Positions 50,268 to 60,217 of a stretch of DNA of 64,000 nucleotides are shown here, in pieces. Every line of letters begins with the position of its first letter. The first letter of the stretch is position 1. The stretch lies in the NCBI GenBank assembly GCA_963745835.1, contig CAVUZH010000003.1, positions 320,001-384,000 of the forward strand, given 5' to 3'. A model generated the notes under the pieces. The model did no database searches. It was not told the DNA's origin and saw only the letters and a program-made list of their open reading frames with translations. The position numbers and the translations under genes were made by a program. The stretch is from an uncultured delta proteobacterium. GTDB lineage: Bacteria > Desulfobacterota > Binatia > UBA9968.

Positions 50268-51050
50268 ATGACCCGTGACAGTGAAACCTATGACATGCTG
50301 CTCAAGCTGGTTAAGACTCGCATGAGCGTGCGCAAGTTCCGCCCCGATCCGATTCCCGAAGATACCATTAACAAGATCCTTGAAGTCGCTCGCTGGGCGA
50401 TGTCCGGCGCCAACTCACAGCCTTGGGAGTTTGTCGTCGTTACCGATCCCGAGATCAAAAAACAATTACGCGACGCTTATTCCGAACACAACACGGATTT
50501 GATTTTCTGGATGGAGCAGCAGCGAGAGTACAACTTGCGCCATCCTTCTTACCAGGTGAAAAACGATCCGCACGAATCGCTGCGCTTCAACAAGGCCAAG
50601 GCTAATTGGCATCAGGCGCCGGCGGTGATCGTGGTTCTAGGCGATGGCCGGCGCCAATGGGGCACGGTGATGGGCGCGCATACGTTTGGCCGAGATCAAT
50701 CTCATCTGACAGACAGTCTCGCCAACGCGTCCTTCCTGATTCATTTAGCGGTGGCGTCTTTGGGTCTCACCTCCGAGTGGGTCTCGATCCATATTGAAGA
50801 GCCGCACAAGCGCATTCTCGGTGTCCCCGATCTGTTGAAGCTCTACCTGATCATTCCGATCGGTCATCCGGACGTTCCGGCGCGCGAAGGCGTGCGCCGG
50901 CCGATCGCGGACATAGTCCATCGCGAGCGCTACGACATGGATAAGTACATGTCCAACGAGGACGTCATCAAATATCTCTATGCCTTGCGCCAAGCGACGG
51001 TGCCGATCCATTCCGCGTCGCGCGCGGTCACGACGGACAAAAACAATTAG
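50268..51050 (+). CDS. nitroreductase family protein, copy 1
   Basis: R-SVRKF-PDPIP, ARWAMSGANSQPWEFVVV, HLA--SLGL, IPIGHP. Confidence 0.92.
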   Translation: MTRDSETYDMLLKLVKTRMSVRKFRPDPIPEDTINKILEVARWAMSGANSQPWEFVVVTDPEIKKQLRDAYSEHNTDLIFWMEQQREYNLRHPSYQVKNDPHESLRFNKAKANWHQAPAVIVVLGDGRRQWGTVMGAHTFGRDQSHLTDSLANASFLIHLAVASLGLTSEWVSIHIEEPHKRILGVPDLLKLYLIIPIGHPDVPAREGVRRPIADIVHRERYDMDKYMSNEDVIKYLYALRQATVPIHSASRAVTTDKNN

Positions 51051-52709
51051 ATGGCGCAAATTTCCGTTAATCCGATCACCGTTGAAGTCGTGCGCAACGG
51101 CCTGGCCCATATCGCTAACGAAATGGCCACCGTGCTGCGCAAAACTTCCTACAACATGATGATCTATGAGGTGCGCGACTACTGCGTCGGCATCGTCGAT
51201 CCCGAAGGCAACATCCTGTCGCAGAACTTTGGCGCGCTGCCGATCTTTCTCGCCGATTTGGGCCCAGCCATCCTCGACGGCGTGCGCATGCACGGCCGAG
51301 ACGGCTTTCAACCCGGCGATGTGCTGATCATGAATCACCCGTACGTATGCGGACAGCATTTAAATAACGTCGTGGTCTACACCCCCTTCTTTCATCAAGG
51401 GGAGCTGGTGGCTTTTTTCGCCGTGCGCGCACACTGGATCGACATCGGCGGCACACGGGTTGGATTCGGCTTCAGCGGCACGCGCGAAATCTATGAGGAG
51501 GGGCTGCAATTTCGCTCGCTAAAACTCTATCGCGGCAGTGAGCCCAATCAGGATATCTTTCAAATCATCACCGATAATGTTCGATTCGCTGAATCCTGTC
51601 TGGGCGACTTGCGCGCACAAATCGCCGCCTGCCGCATCGGCGATCGTGGCCTCGCCGACCTTGTCGATCGTTACGGCCTGGAAACCTTCTTGCGCTGCGT
51701 TGGAACCATCTGGAATCAATCTGAGGCATTGGCGCGTGAACATGTTGCGCGCATGACCCCTGGCAATTACCAAGCCGAAGCGCTGTTCGATAGCGACGGT
51801 GTGAATCTCGACCGGCCCGTGCCGCTGAAAGTAACGGTGGTCGTTGCCGGCGGTGAGATGACAATCGACTTTTCGGACATCAGCGACCAAGTGCCCGGCT
51901 CGATCAATTCCGGCCACTCGGGCGCCGTAGCCGCGGCGCGCGTAGCGTTTAAGTCGCTGGTGGCGCCGTTTTCGCCCATCGACGAGGGCTGTTTTCGCCC
52001 GCTGAAGATCGTTATCCCAGAGGGAAAGATTCTGAGCGCCACGCCGCCTTCGCCCGTGGGTAACTGGAGTCGTACGTTGCCGACGGTGATCGACTTGATT
52101 CTTAAAGCGCTGGCGCCATCGATGCCCAACAAGATCGCTGCGGGTCACAAAGGCGATATGGGCGGTTACGCCTTCTTCGGCACGAATCCGCGTACCGGGC
52201 GAAAGTTTCTCTGCCAGACGATCATGGGCGGTGGCTGGGGCGGGCGCGCTCACGAAGATGGGGAAAACGCCACGGTATCGATGTGTCAGGGCGACGTCCA
52301 GAACGCGCCAGTCGAGATGCAAGAGATTTATTATCCCGTGCTCGTCGAGCATCATAGGCTGCGCGAAGCCAGCGGCGGCAGAGGAAAATTTCGCGGCGGT
52401 TTGGGTATAGAAATTTCGGTGCGCGTGCTCTGCGACGCCTTCACCAACATCAATGTTGAGCGCCAACGCACAGCGCCGTGGGGATTATTCGGCGGCGAGA
52501 ATGGCGCGGCCGCCAAAGCGTTGGTGAAGCAGTCGCCCGAAGATCCCGGCAGCTGGCTTACAAAGAAACCGAATTATTCATTAAAGAAGGGCGGCAGCGT
52601 CACTTTCTTCACAGGCGGCGGTGGTGGTTACGGTTCTGCGAAGGAGCGGCCTTGCGATCTCGTTGAACGGGATCGCAGGCTGGGCTACGTTTCGGCAACC
52701 AAGGAGTGA
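51051..52709 (+). CDS. hyuB: hydantoinase B / oxoprolinase family
   Basis: EM---L-KTSY--MIYE-RD, GDVLI-NHPY--GQHLN, HWIDIGG, EEGL, GGGWGG, GGGGGYG. Confidence 0.93.
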   Translation: MAQISVNPITVEVVRNGLAHIANEMATVLRKTSYNMMIYEVRDYCVGIVDPEGNILSQNFGALPIFLADLGPAILDGVRMHGRDGFQPGDVLIMNHPYVCGQHLNNVVVYTPFFHQGELVAFFAVRAHWIDIGGTRVGFGFSGTREIYEEGLQFRSLKLYRGSEPNQDIFQIITDNVRFAESCLGDLRAQIAACRIGDRGLADLVDRYGLETFLRCVGTIWNQSEALAREHVARMTPGNYQAEALFDSDGVNLDRPVPLKVTVVVAGGEMTIDFSDISDQVPGSINSGHSGAVAAARVAFKSLVAPFSPIDEGCFRPLKIVIPEGKILSATPPSPVGNWSRTLPTVIDLILKALAPSMPNKIAAGHKGDMGGYAFFGTNPRTGRKFLCQTIMGGGWGGRAHEDGENATVSMCQGDVQNAPVEMQEIYYPVLVEHHRLREASGGRGKFRGGLGIEISVRVLCDAFTNINVERQRTAPWGLFGGENGAAAKALVKQSPEDPGSWLTKKPNYSLKKGGSVTFFTGGGGGYGSAKERPCDLVERDRRLGYVSATKE

Positions 52710-52798
52710 AGTGGCGGCCTTGTCGTTTAAGCACGCGCGCTCTTTCTCCCTCGTCGGCGAAGCGGGAGGTTTGGAAAAATGCTCGATGTGAGGTGACT

Positions 52799-53908
52799 AT
52801 GGAAGGCCAGCAAGAATTCAAAAGTCGATTGGCGCGACTCCGGAAAGACATGCGCGACAAAGGCGTGGATGCTCTCTTGGTCTACGACTCCGGCCGGCAT
52901 AACTTCTTGCGCATGAACTATGTCGCCTATCTCACTGACTTCATCAGCGTCGGCCCCGAGACAATGCTCGCCGTGTCGCTTGAAGACCCACCTGTGCTTT
53001 ATCTTTCCCCGACGTGGGATATTCCACGCGCGCAAGAAGAGTCGTGGACGACCGATGTCCGGCCTTTCAGGGAGCTATGGACTCGGCTACCGAGCATAAC
53101 CGGCAAAGTCGGACTCGTTGGCCGAGAGTCGATGCACGTTGGCATGCACGATGAGATTGCGAAATCTCTCAAGCACGCGCCGCTGAACGCCAAAGACATC
53201 ATCGAAAACATGGCGCGCTCAAAGAACGCTTTCGAAATGGCGCGGCTGCGGAGAGCGGCGCAGATCGCTGATGCCGGCGTGAGCGCGCTGAACGAAGAAG
53301 CTCGGCCGGGCCTGAAGGAGTACGAATTGGCCGCTATCGTCGAATACCGCATGCGCTCGCTCGGCGCTGAAGACAATTTCGGCATGGTGGTCGCCAACAG
53401 TCACAACCAGGCACTGCATCCGCCGACGGATCGCATTGTCCAGCCGCGCGATATCATCATCGGCGAGATCACGCCCTGTATCGGCGGGTTGTTTGTGCAG
53501 ATCTGCCGTACGATGGTGCTCGGTGAGGCGGCGCCGGTGGTGAATGAAAAATACGCCATATTGAAAAAGGGTATGGTTGCGGGAATGGCCGCGGCCAAGA
53601 CCGGAGCGCCGGCCAGCGATATCGCGGCGGCGATCAACGGCACGTTTATCGAATCGGGGTATGAAGATTATTGCCGGCCGCCATTCATGCGCGTGCGCGG
53701 CCATGGACTGGGGTGCGGCTCGTCTGCGCCGGGCAACTTGGAAGACAACAATCAAACCAGACTCGAAGAGGGTATGACTTTCATTATTCACCCGAACCAG
53801 TATCTCCCAGAGACCGGTTACATGACACTCGGTGATACGGTGGTGATGACGCAGACGAAAGCCGAGCCGCTGACGCACTCGTCGTGGGACATCTTCATTA
53901 AAGACTGA
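52799..53908 (+). CDS. M24 / creatinase-like amidohydrolase
   Basis: Creatinase-type N domain, K---E---LRRAA-IAD, QICRT, RGHGLG, EEGMTFIIHP. Confidence 0.88.
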   Translation: MEGQQEFKSRLARLRKDMRDKGVDALLVYDSGRHNFLRMNYVAYLTDFISVGPETMLAVSLEDPPVLYLSPTWDIPRAQEESWTTDVRPFRELWTRLPSITGKVGLVGRESMHVGMHDEIAKSLKHAPLNAKDIIENMARSKNAFEMARLRRAAQIADAGVSALNEEARPGLKEYELAAIVEYRMRSLGAEDNFGMVVANSHNQALHPPTDRIVQPRDIIIGEITPCIGGLFVQICRTMVLGEAAPVVNEKYAILKKGMVAGMAAAKTGAPASDIAAAINGTFIESGYEDYCRPPFMRVRGHGLGCGSSAPGNLEDNNQTRLEEGMTFIIHPNQYLPETGYMTLGDTVVMTQTKAEPLTHSSWDIFIKD

Positions 53909-53924
53909 GACGTTATGAATTTAA

Positions 53925-54005
53925 ACGGATGGAACAAGTGGAACGGATGGAACTACTGGACCCTTTTACGCGAATGTTCCAATCGTTCGAGAGGTTCCAA
54001 CGCTT
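53925..54005. repeat. TGGAAC/GTTCCA tandem-inverted intergenic repeat
   Basis: GGATGGAAC units followed by GTTCCAA units. Confidence 0.55.
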
Positions 54006-54031
54006 ACAGAAATGTCAGACTGTGTAGGTGA

Positions 54032-55195
54032 ATGATGATCTTTGGTAGACATTCAGTCTTGAAACGAGGTTGCTCGACGTGGGACCCGAACCAAGTGCCA
54101 GCGGAAGTATTTCAGACGCGTCTTGCCGCCGTGCGCGACCAAATGGCGCGGCAGAATCTGGACGCGCTGGTGATTTATGGGGATAATTATTCTTTCGCCG
54201 ATCTCTGCTATCTGACGAATTATTTTCCCAAAGTGCGCGGCGGTATCGCGGTGGTGCCGTGGGCAGGCGCGGTTTCAATGCTGCTCAACATCGGCAGCCG
54301 TGACGTGCCGTTCGCGAAGACACTGACATGGGTGGAAGACGTACGCGCTTCGAACCAAGTCGGCGCCGATGGCGCGAAGCTTTTAAAGGAGAAGGGATTC
54401 GAAAAGGCCAAGATTGGACTGATTGATTCCGGTCAAGGCTTTCCACTGCCGCAGCTCGAGGACATGAAGACTGCCTTGCCGCAGGTCAATTGGCAAGAAT
54501 GTGCCCCGATGCTCCAACCGCTTCGGCTGGTAAAAACCGCGCAAGAGCTGGCCGCCATGCGCGAAGCGGGCCGCTTGCTACAGGATATTTGCGCCGGCGC
54601 GGAAGGGTTCACTAAATCGGGACGAAAGGAATACGAGGTTGTCGCCGACATCGATCGGTTGGCGCGCGATAAGGGCGCAGAGGACATCCGCATTCTTGCC
54701 GGAGAGAAGAGATTGCGCCCGCCAGGTTTCAAGCAGGCGAGTATTATTGGCGGACATTGGGCGATTTACTTAGCCGTGCAGCACGAGCGCTATTGGGCCG
54801 AAGCAGGACGGACTTTCATCTTGTCTGGCGGCGTCAAGCTCAAGGACGCATATCAGAAAGCTCAGGAGATCGTCGTGGCCATGGCCAAGCAACTCAAGCC
54901 GAACGGAGCGGTCGCCGCAGTCGAAGAGACTGCGCAGCGCGAGCTCGGTGAATTCTACGGCGCGGCTTCCGTGTACGGCCTGGCAAACGGCATCGGGCTG
55001 AACCAGTGGGAGGCACCGTTTCTGAGTGAAAACGACGCGCGCGAAGTCGGCGCAGCATCGGTTGGGGCAACGACGTTGAATGAAAATATGACGCTCGCGT
55101 TGCGGGTGGTCTTGGAAACCGAGGGGAAAATAATTCTTTACGGCGATAGTTTCGAAGTGACGGCGGGTGGGGCGAAGTCACTGCTCGGTGGTTGA
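54032..55195 (+). CDS. M24-fold protein, catalytic residues degenerate
   Basis: LDALVIYG, YLTN, LRLVK--QEL--MREA, AGRT, ANGIGL in place of GHGIGL. Confidence 0.85.
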   Translation: MMIFGRHSVLKRGCSTWDPNQVPAEVFQTRLAAVRDQMARQNLDALVIYGDNYSFADLCYLTNYFPKVRGGIAVVPWAGAVSMLLNIGSRDVPFAKTLTWVEDVRASNQVGADGAKLLKEKGFEKAKIGLIDSGQGFPLPQLEDMKTALPQVNWQECAPMLQPLRLVKTAQELAAMREAGRLLQDICAGAEGFTKSGRKEYEVVADIDRLARDKGAEDIRILAGEKRLRPPGFKQASIIGGHWAIYLAVQHERYWAEAGRTFILSGGVKLKDAYQKAQEIVVAMAKQLKPNGAVAAVEETAQRELGEFYGAASVYGLANGIGLNQWEAPFLSENDAREVGAASVGATTLNENMTLALRVVLETEGKIILYGDSFEVTAGGAKSLLGG

Positions 55196-55227
55196 ATTGC
55201 ATCACGACAGAAGAGTGTCAGTTCAGG

Positions 55228-55305
55228 TTCCTTCCCTTGACGGGAAATATCAGGATGGGGTGATTGGCACCCCCGCTCTAGTTCTCCCCCGCAAGAGGGA
55301 GAGAA
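55228..55305. repeat. CCCTCTCCC-type REP-like element
   Basis: TTCCTTCCCTTGACGGGAA..GGATGGGGTG..CACCCCC..TTCTCCCCCGCAAGAGGGAGAGAA. Confidence 0.55.
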
Positions 55306-55380
55306 TCAGCCACATGCTTTTGTGAATCGATGGCTCGGAAGGTTTGATGGTTACGGTCTCTAAAGAAAATCGCAAGGCTC

Positions 55381-57417
55381 ATGAGAATCGCAGTTGATAT
55401 AGGCGGAACGTTTACCGATCTGGTTGCCGTCGACGATGAAGGGAAAGTGTCGCGCAGCAAATCCCTGACGACGCCCGACGATCTTGCCCTCGGCATTCAG
55501 GATTGTTTACGCGGGGCAAGCATTGACGTTGCCCGCGCGATTTTTTTTGTGCATGGCTCGACCGTTACGATCAATGCCGTTCTTGAGCGTAAAGGTGCGC
55601 GCACGGGACTCATTGCCACTAAAGGGTTTCGCGATGTTTATGAGATCGGCCGGGGCAATCGACCCGAAGGCTACAATCTCTTTTTTAAGCGGCCGGTGCC
55701 GCTTGTGCCGCGCGATCTGCGCCTCGAAGTCGACGAGCGGCTCTACGCCACCGGCGAAGTTTTAAAACCGCTCGATGAGGCTTCTGCCGCACAGACGATC
55801 GCCGCGCTCAAGGCGGCGGGCGTGGAGAGCATCGCTGTCTGTTTGCTGCACGCGTACGCCAATGCGGCGCATGAACAGCGCCTTGGAGAATTGCTCCGGG
55901 AGCAGTTTCCTCAAGCCTATGTATCGCTATCGCATGAGATTCTCCGCGAGTTTCGCGAATACGAGCGCACCTCGACCACCGTGTTGAACTCGTATGTCGG
56001 ACCACTCGTCAGCCGTTATTTAGTTTCCTTGGAACGGATGCTCGGTAGCGCCGGTTTTCGTGGCACTTTTCGCGTCATGCAGTCCAACGGCGGGGTAATG
56101 TCGGCGGACACCGCGAAGAAAATGCCGGTGACGATGATGGAATCAGGCCCGGTCGCTGGTGTGATCGCGGCGGCGCAACTTGGTGAGTCGCTCGGTTGCC
56201 GCCATATCATTTCCTTCGACATGGGCGGCACGACTGCCAAATCGAGCCTTATCAAAGATTTTCATCCTGAAGTCACGAGCAGCTACTACGTCGGGGGCTA
56301 TGTCTCAGGCCATCCGATGATGTTGCCGGTGATCGATATCGTGGAAGTGGGCAACGGCGGCGGAAGCATTGCGTGGATCGATCCCGCAGGCGGTCTGAAA
56401 GTCGGACCGCAAAGCGCCGGAGCCGCTCCCGGGCCTGCGTGTTACGGCAAGGGCGGCACGAAGCCGACTGTCACCGATGCCAATCTCATCACCGGCCGCA
56501 TCGACCCGGAATATTTTCTCGGCAGCGGTGTGCGCTTGCAGCGCGATAAGGCGGTGCACGCAGTGACCGAGACAATTGCCAAGCCGCTCGGTTTGTCTCT
56601 CGAAGAAGCGGCTTTGGGAATTTTAACCATTACCAACTTCAACATGTCGCTCTCGGTCCGCGCCGTGTCGGTTGAAAAAGGCTACGACCCACGCGACTGC
56701 GTTTTGGTGCCGAGCGGCGGCGGCGGCGCGCTCCATGCGATCGCGATTGCCCGCGAATTATCCGTGCCGCGCGTGATTATACCGCCGATGCCGGCATATT
56801 TTTCCGCCCTAGGTATGCTGCTCGCCGATCTCAAGCATGATTACGTTCAGACTTACGTGCGCGAATTGGCTGAGACTACCGGGGTGCAAATCGCCGGTGC
56901 ATTCTCACTGTTAGAAGAGTCCGCTTTAAACACGTTGGCTGAGGAAGGTGCCAAGGCGGAGCAGATCGTTCTGCGCCGCTTCCTCGACATGCGTTACCGC
57001 GGACAAGAATACACATTGCCGGTGCCGATCACCGAAGATCTGCGCTCGCTTGTCGATTTCAACGGTATACGCAGCCGCTTCGATCAATTGCATCAAGAGC
57101 ATTACGGCCATTCAGCGCCCCAGGAACCGGTGATGATGGTCAATCTGCGACTTTCCGCGCTGGGTAAAACCGATGATCGCTTGCCGCTAGCCTCGACGAC
57201 AGTCGAGGCCGAACGCGGCGAGCACGGTCGTCGAGCGGTTATTTTCCAAAATAGTCCGCTCAACAGCCCGATTTACTTGCGTAACGGTCTTCGAGCGGGC
57301 GACCGCGTCGAAGGACCGGCGGTGATCGAAGAGATGGGCGCGACGATCTTGATCTATCCCGGCGACAAAATGCAGGTGAATGATTTCGGCCATCTGGTAA
57401 TTGACGTGGCCAATTGA
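55381..57417 (+). CDS. hyuA: hydantoinase A / oxoprolinase family (ATP-binding)
   Basis: DIGGTFTD, HGST---NA, FREYERTST, ESGPVAG, DMGGTT, GPQSAGA-PGPACY, PTVTDA, MRYRGQ. Confidence 0.95.
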   Translation: MRIAVDIGGTFTDLVAVDDEGKVSRSKSLTTPDDLALGIQDCLRGASIDVARAIFFVHGSTVTINAVLERKGARTGLIATKGFRDVYEIGRGNRPEGYNLFFKRPVPLVPRDLRLEVDERLYATGEVLKPLDEASAAQTIAALKAAGVESIAVCLLHAYANAAHEQRLGELLREQFPQAYVSLSHEILREFREYERTSTTVLNSYVGPLVSRYLVSLERMLGSAGFRGTFRVMQSNGGVMSADTAKKMPVTMMESGPVAGVIAAAQLGESLGCRHIISFDMGGTTAKSSLIKDFHPEVTSSYYVGGYVSGHPMMLPVIDIVEVGNGGGSIAWIDPAGGLKVGPQSAGAAPGPACYGKGGTKPTVTDANLITGRIDPEYFLGSGVRLQRDKAVHAVTETIAKPLGLSLEEAALGILTITNFNMSLSVRAVSVEKGYDPRDCVLVPSGGGGALHAIAIARELSVPRVIIPPMPAYFSALGMLLADLKHDYVQTYVRELAETTGVQIAGAFSLLEESALNTLAEEGAKAEQIVLRRFLDMRYRGQEYTLPVPITEDLRSLVDFNGIRSRFDQLHQEHYGHSAPQEPVMMVNLRLSALGKTDDRLPLASTTVEAERGEHGRRAVIFQNSPLNSPIYLRNGLRAGDRVEGPAVIEEMGATILIYPGDKMQVNDFGHLVIDVAN

Positions 57418-57507
57418 TTTACGTGCCTTTCCATCGAGGCTCAAATAAGCAAATGGCCAGCAGTGTATTGGCGGCGCATTTAGCCTTAATTGCGATGCTA
57501 CGAAACA

Positions 57508-58903
57508 ATGGCTGAAGAAAGTCTTAGCGAAAAAATCGCGCGTCATAATGTCGCGTTGCAATGCGATCAGCTTCCAGCCGACGTCACTGCAGCTGCGAAA
57601 CTCCACATTCTCGACTCCATCGGTTGTCTGCTCGCAGGCACGGCTCTAGAACCAGGAATGCTCGCCTACGATTTGGCGAATGCGACGAGCGGAAGCGCTT
57701 CAACCTCAACGCTTTTTGGCAGCAGCCGGCGAGTTTCCTATCTCGACGCTGTCCAAGCGATGAGCGTTGCGGCGCACTGTGGTGAAATGGACGACATTCA
57801 TGGAGGCGCAGGAACGTGTATTGGGTCAATGATTGTTCCGTCATTGCTCGCCATGGCAGAGAAATACGGCGGCACCGGAAGGAGATTTCTCGAATCCGCA
57901 GTGGCCGGATATGAGACTGTTATTCGAGTTGGGCTGTCAATTGACGCGCCCAAACTGTTCGCGCGGGGGTGGTGGCCGAGCACAATTTGCGCCGCGTTCG
58001 GGATCGCCGCGGCGGGCGCGAAGTTTTTAAACTGGTCCGCAGATCAGACCGCCAACACATTGGGCATCGCATCACTTCACAGTGGCGGTATGATTACCGG
58101 TGGGAGCGAAGGCGCCACGGCGCGTCATCTCGCTTTCGGCCATGCAGCGCAGAGCGGAGCGCTCGCGCTTTTCGCAGCGCGAGAAAGGATTTACCGGACC
58201 TAAGCGCGCATTCGAAGATACGCGCGGCTTTTGTTTGACATTGTGCAATGAACCGCGGTGGGATTATTTGCACAATTTCGGACAGTACTATTTGCCTGAG
58301 GTTGCCTTTAAACCTTATCCCTGCGCGCGCCAGCTTCACGCCGGCGTGGAGGCGTTGCTCAAGGTTATTCAGCGGCAGGCGCTGACGCCTGAGTTGATTG
58401 ACGAGATCAACCTCTCCTTGCCGACACAGAACGAAAGCATGGTGAATCGCCCATCGATCACCGCGAGTCGCGCTGCCGCTGTGGGCAGCGGGCAGTATGT
58501 GATGGCGGTAACCGTCCTTCGAGGCAAGATTGACCTGGTATCCTTCGGTGCGGAATTTTTGAACAGCGGCGCGGTGCGAAATCTGATGGCCAAAGTTAAA
58601 ATCATCGGCAGTACGGAGCTCGACCGCCATTTTCCAAAATACTGGTCAGGACGCGTGACCGTGAGGTCGGGCAGCGCAATTCATTCAGAAGAAGTGATCA
58701 TCCCCAAGGGAGAGATCGGCAATCCGATGGGCCGAGATGAAGTGGAACAGAAATTCTTATTACTCGCGACCGCGACAATGGGTGATGAAAAGGCGCGCTC
58801 AGTTGTTCGCGAAGTCGAATCGCTCGACGCGGCCAATTCTTTAGAGCCTTTACTGGGCTCCCTCAAAGCCTGCGATGATATTTCCTTTCCCGAACGACTG
58901 TGA
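57508..58903 (+). CDS. MmgE/PrpD family protein, frameshift at ~58180
   Basis: ILDSIG, EMDDIH, GYE, then GFTGP, FKPYPCAR--H, PKG--GNPM in the next frame. Confidence 0.9.
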
Positions 58904-58927
58904 AGGGTAGATAGGGTGATTTTCGGA

Positions 58928-58969
58928 ATTTTTGAGCAGCCTGCAACACATTTTTCAGCATACTGCTAG
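58928..58969 (-). mobile_element. partial MITE (left end)
   Basis: Reverse complement CTAGCAGTATGCTGAAAAA..TTGCAGGCTGCTCAAAAA matches 2040-2083. Confidence 0.6.
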
Positions 58970-59006
58970 GTTGATTGGTTTCGTCTCTCCGGCTTTGAAC
59001 GTAACG

Positions 59007-59957
59007 CTACTTTATTCCCAGCTCGCCATTGACTTCCCGTTGCATTGAGAAATCAAAAACTGCGGAGCTCTTAATGGGCGTTTTCAAGTTCAGAAATTGC
59101 ATATCGGATTTCAAATGCTCTTCGAGCTCTTTTTCTGTGGGGATGGCGTTACGGGTGAACGCCGGGCGGCTCGAGCGATAGGTATCCAGAGCAACGGCCT
59201 GGCTCACGTTCAGGTATTTGGCGAGGATCTCAGCCGACGCGTTCTCGTTAGCGAAAAAAAACCGGTTTGCTTTAGTCATTGCGCGCAGCGTCCGTTTGAT
59301 GACGCCGGCTCTCTCCCGCAGCGTTTTTTCAGACACGATGATGCCGGAAATGAAGTTGATATATTCCTCGCTCGTCGAACCCAGCAGATTGAGCTTGTAG
59401 CGGTCGCGGGCGATGAACACGGTCGGCGGCGACAGCACCGTGATGTGGACCGGACCGGAGATTTGCGCCTGGAGTTGGGCGGGCACATCGCCCGAGACGA
59501 TGGTGGTGATCTCTTTGGCCGGGTCGATCCCGCCCTTGCGTAACATGTGATTTCCGGCGAGTTGCTGGCTGCCGCCGATTGTCGTGACCGCCATGGTCTT
59601 GCCCTTGAGGTCGCCGAAACTCTTGAGTTCCGGCCGGGTCGTGAGCCAGAAAAGCGGGCGTTGGTTGTAGACCGCCAGCACCTTCATCGGCAGACCCTGT
59701 ATGATACCGCGAATGGCCGATCCCATGATATGGATCGCCTCCACATCGCCGGCGACCGAGGCGGCGATGGCGGTGGTGCCGCGCGTGAGAATCAGCTCCG
59801 ACTCGAGCGCCTCTTCTTTGAAGAAGCCTTTGTCGACGGCGATAAAGGGCAAGATCGAAGAGATCGAGCGGCTGGCGTAGCTGATCCGGACGCGGTCGTC
59901 AGCCTGTGCGCGAAAAACGCAGCAACAGAGCAACAAGGCGCACAGAAAAAGTCTCAT
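59007..59957 (-). CDS. NMT1/SsuA-type solute-binding protein
   Basis: Signal peptide, DKGFFKEEAL, DLKGK, GIDPAKE, FDFS. Confidence 0.9.
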   Translation of the reverse strand: MRLFLCALLLCCCVFRAQADDRVRISYASRSISSILPFIAVDKGFFKEEALESELILTRGTTAIAASVAGDVEAIHIMGSAIRGIIQGLPMKVLAVYNQRPLFWLTTRPELKSFGDLKGKTMAVTTIGGSQQLAGNHMLRKGGIDPAKEITTIVSGDVPAQLQAQISGPVHITVLSPPTVFIARDRYKLNLLGSTSEEYINFISGIIVSEKTLRERAGVIKRTLRAMTKANRFFFANENASAEILAKYLNVSQAVALDTYRSSRPAFTRNAIPTEKELEEHLKSDMQFLNLKTPIKSSAVFDFSMQREVNGELGIK

Positions 59958-60080
59958 CGGGTCCCTTTCCTTCCGGCCGCTAAAACTACGCCCCCCGTTT
60001 AACAAGCCTTAACTTGAATGGCAAGGGACGTGTAGGCTATAAGGACGTAGCTTAGCGGGCCTATAAATAGAAACATCATT

Positions 60081-60168
60081 TCACCACAGAGGCGCCGAGG
60101 TCGCGGAGTTTCGCACGATTTCTAAACAATAACCGTCCATCGCCGCGTACTCCGCGCCCCTGCGGTGA
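60081..60168. repeat. CACCACAGAG-type REP-like element
   Basis: TCACCACAGAGGCGCCGAGGTCGCGGAG...CTCCGCGCCCCTGCGGTGA. Confidence 0.55.
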
Positions 60169-60217
60169 GGTCTTGTCCGATCTCCGCAACGTTTCGCTTA
60201 TTTTTGGAGGTCCAAAT

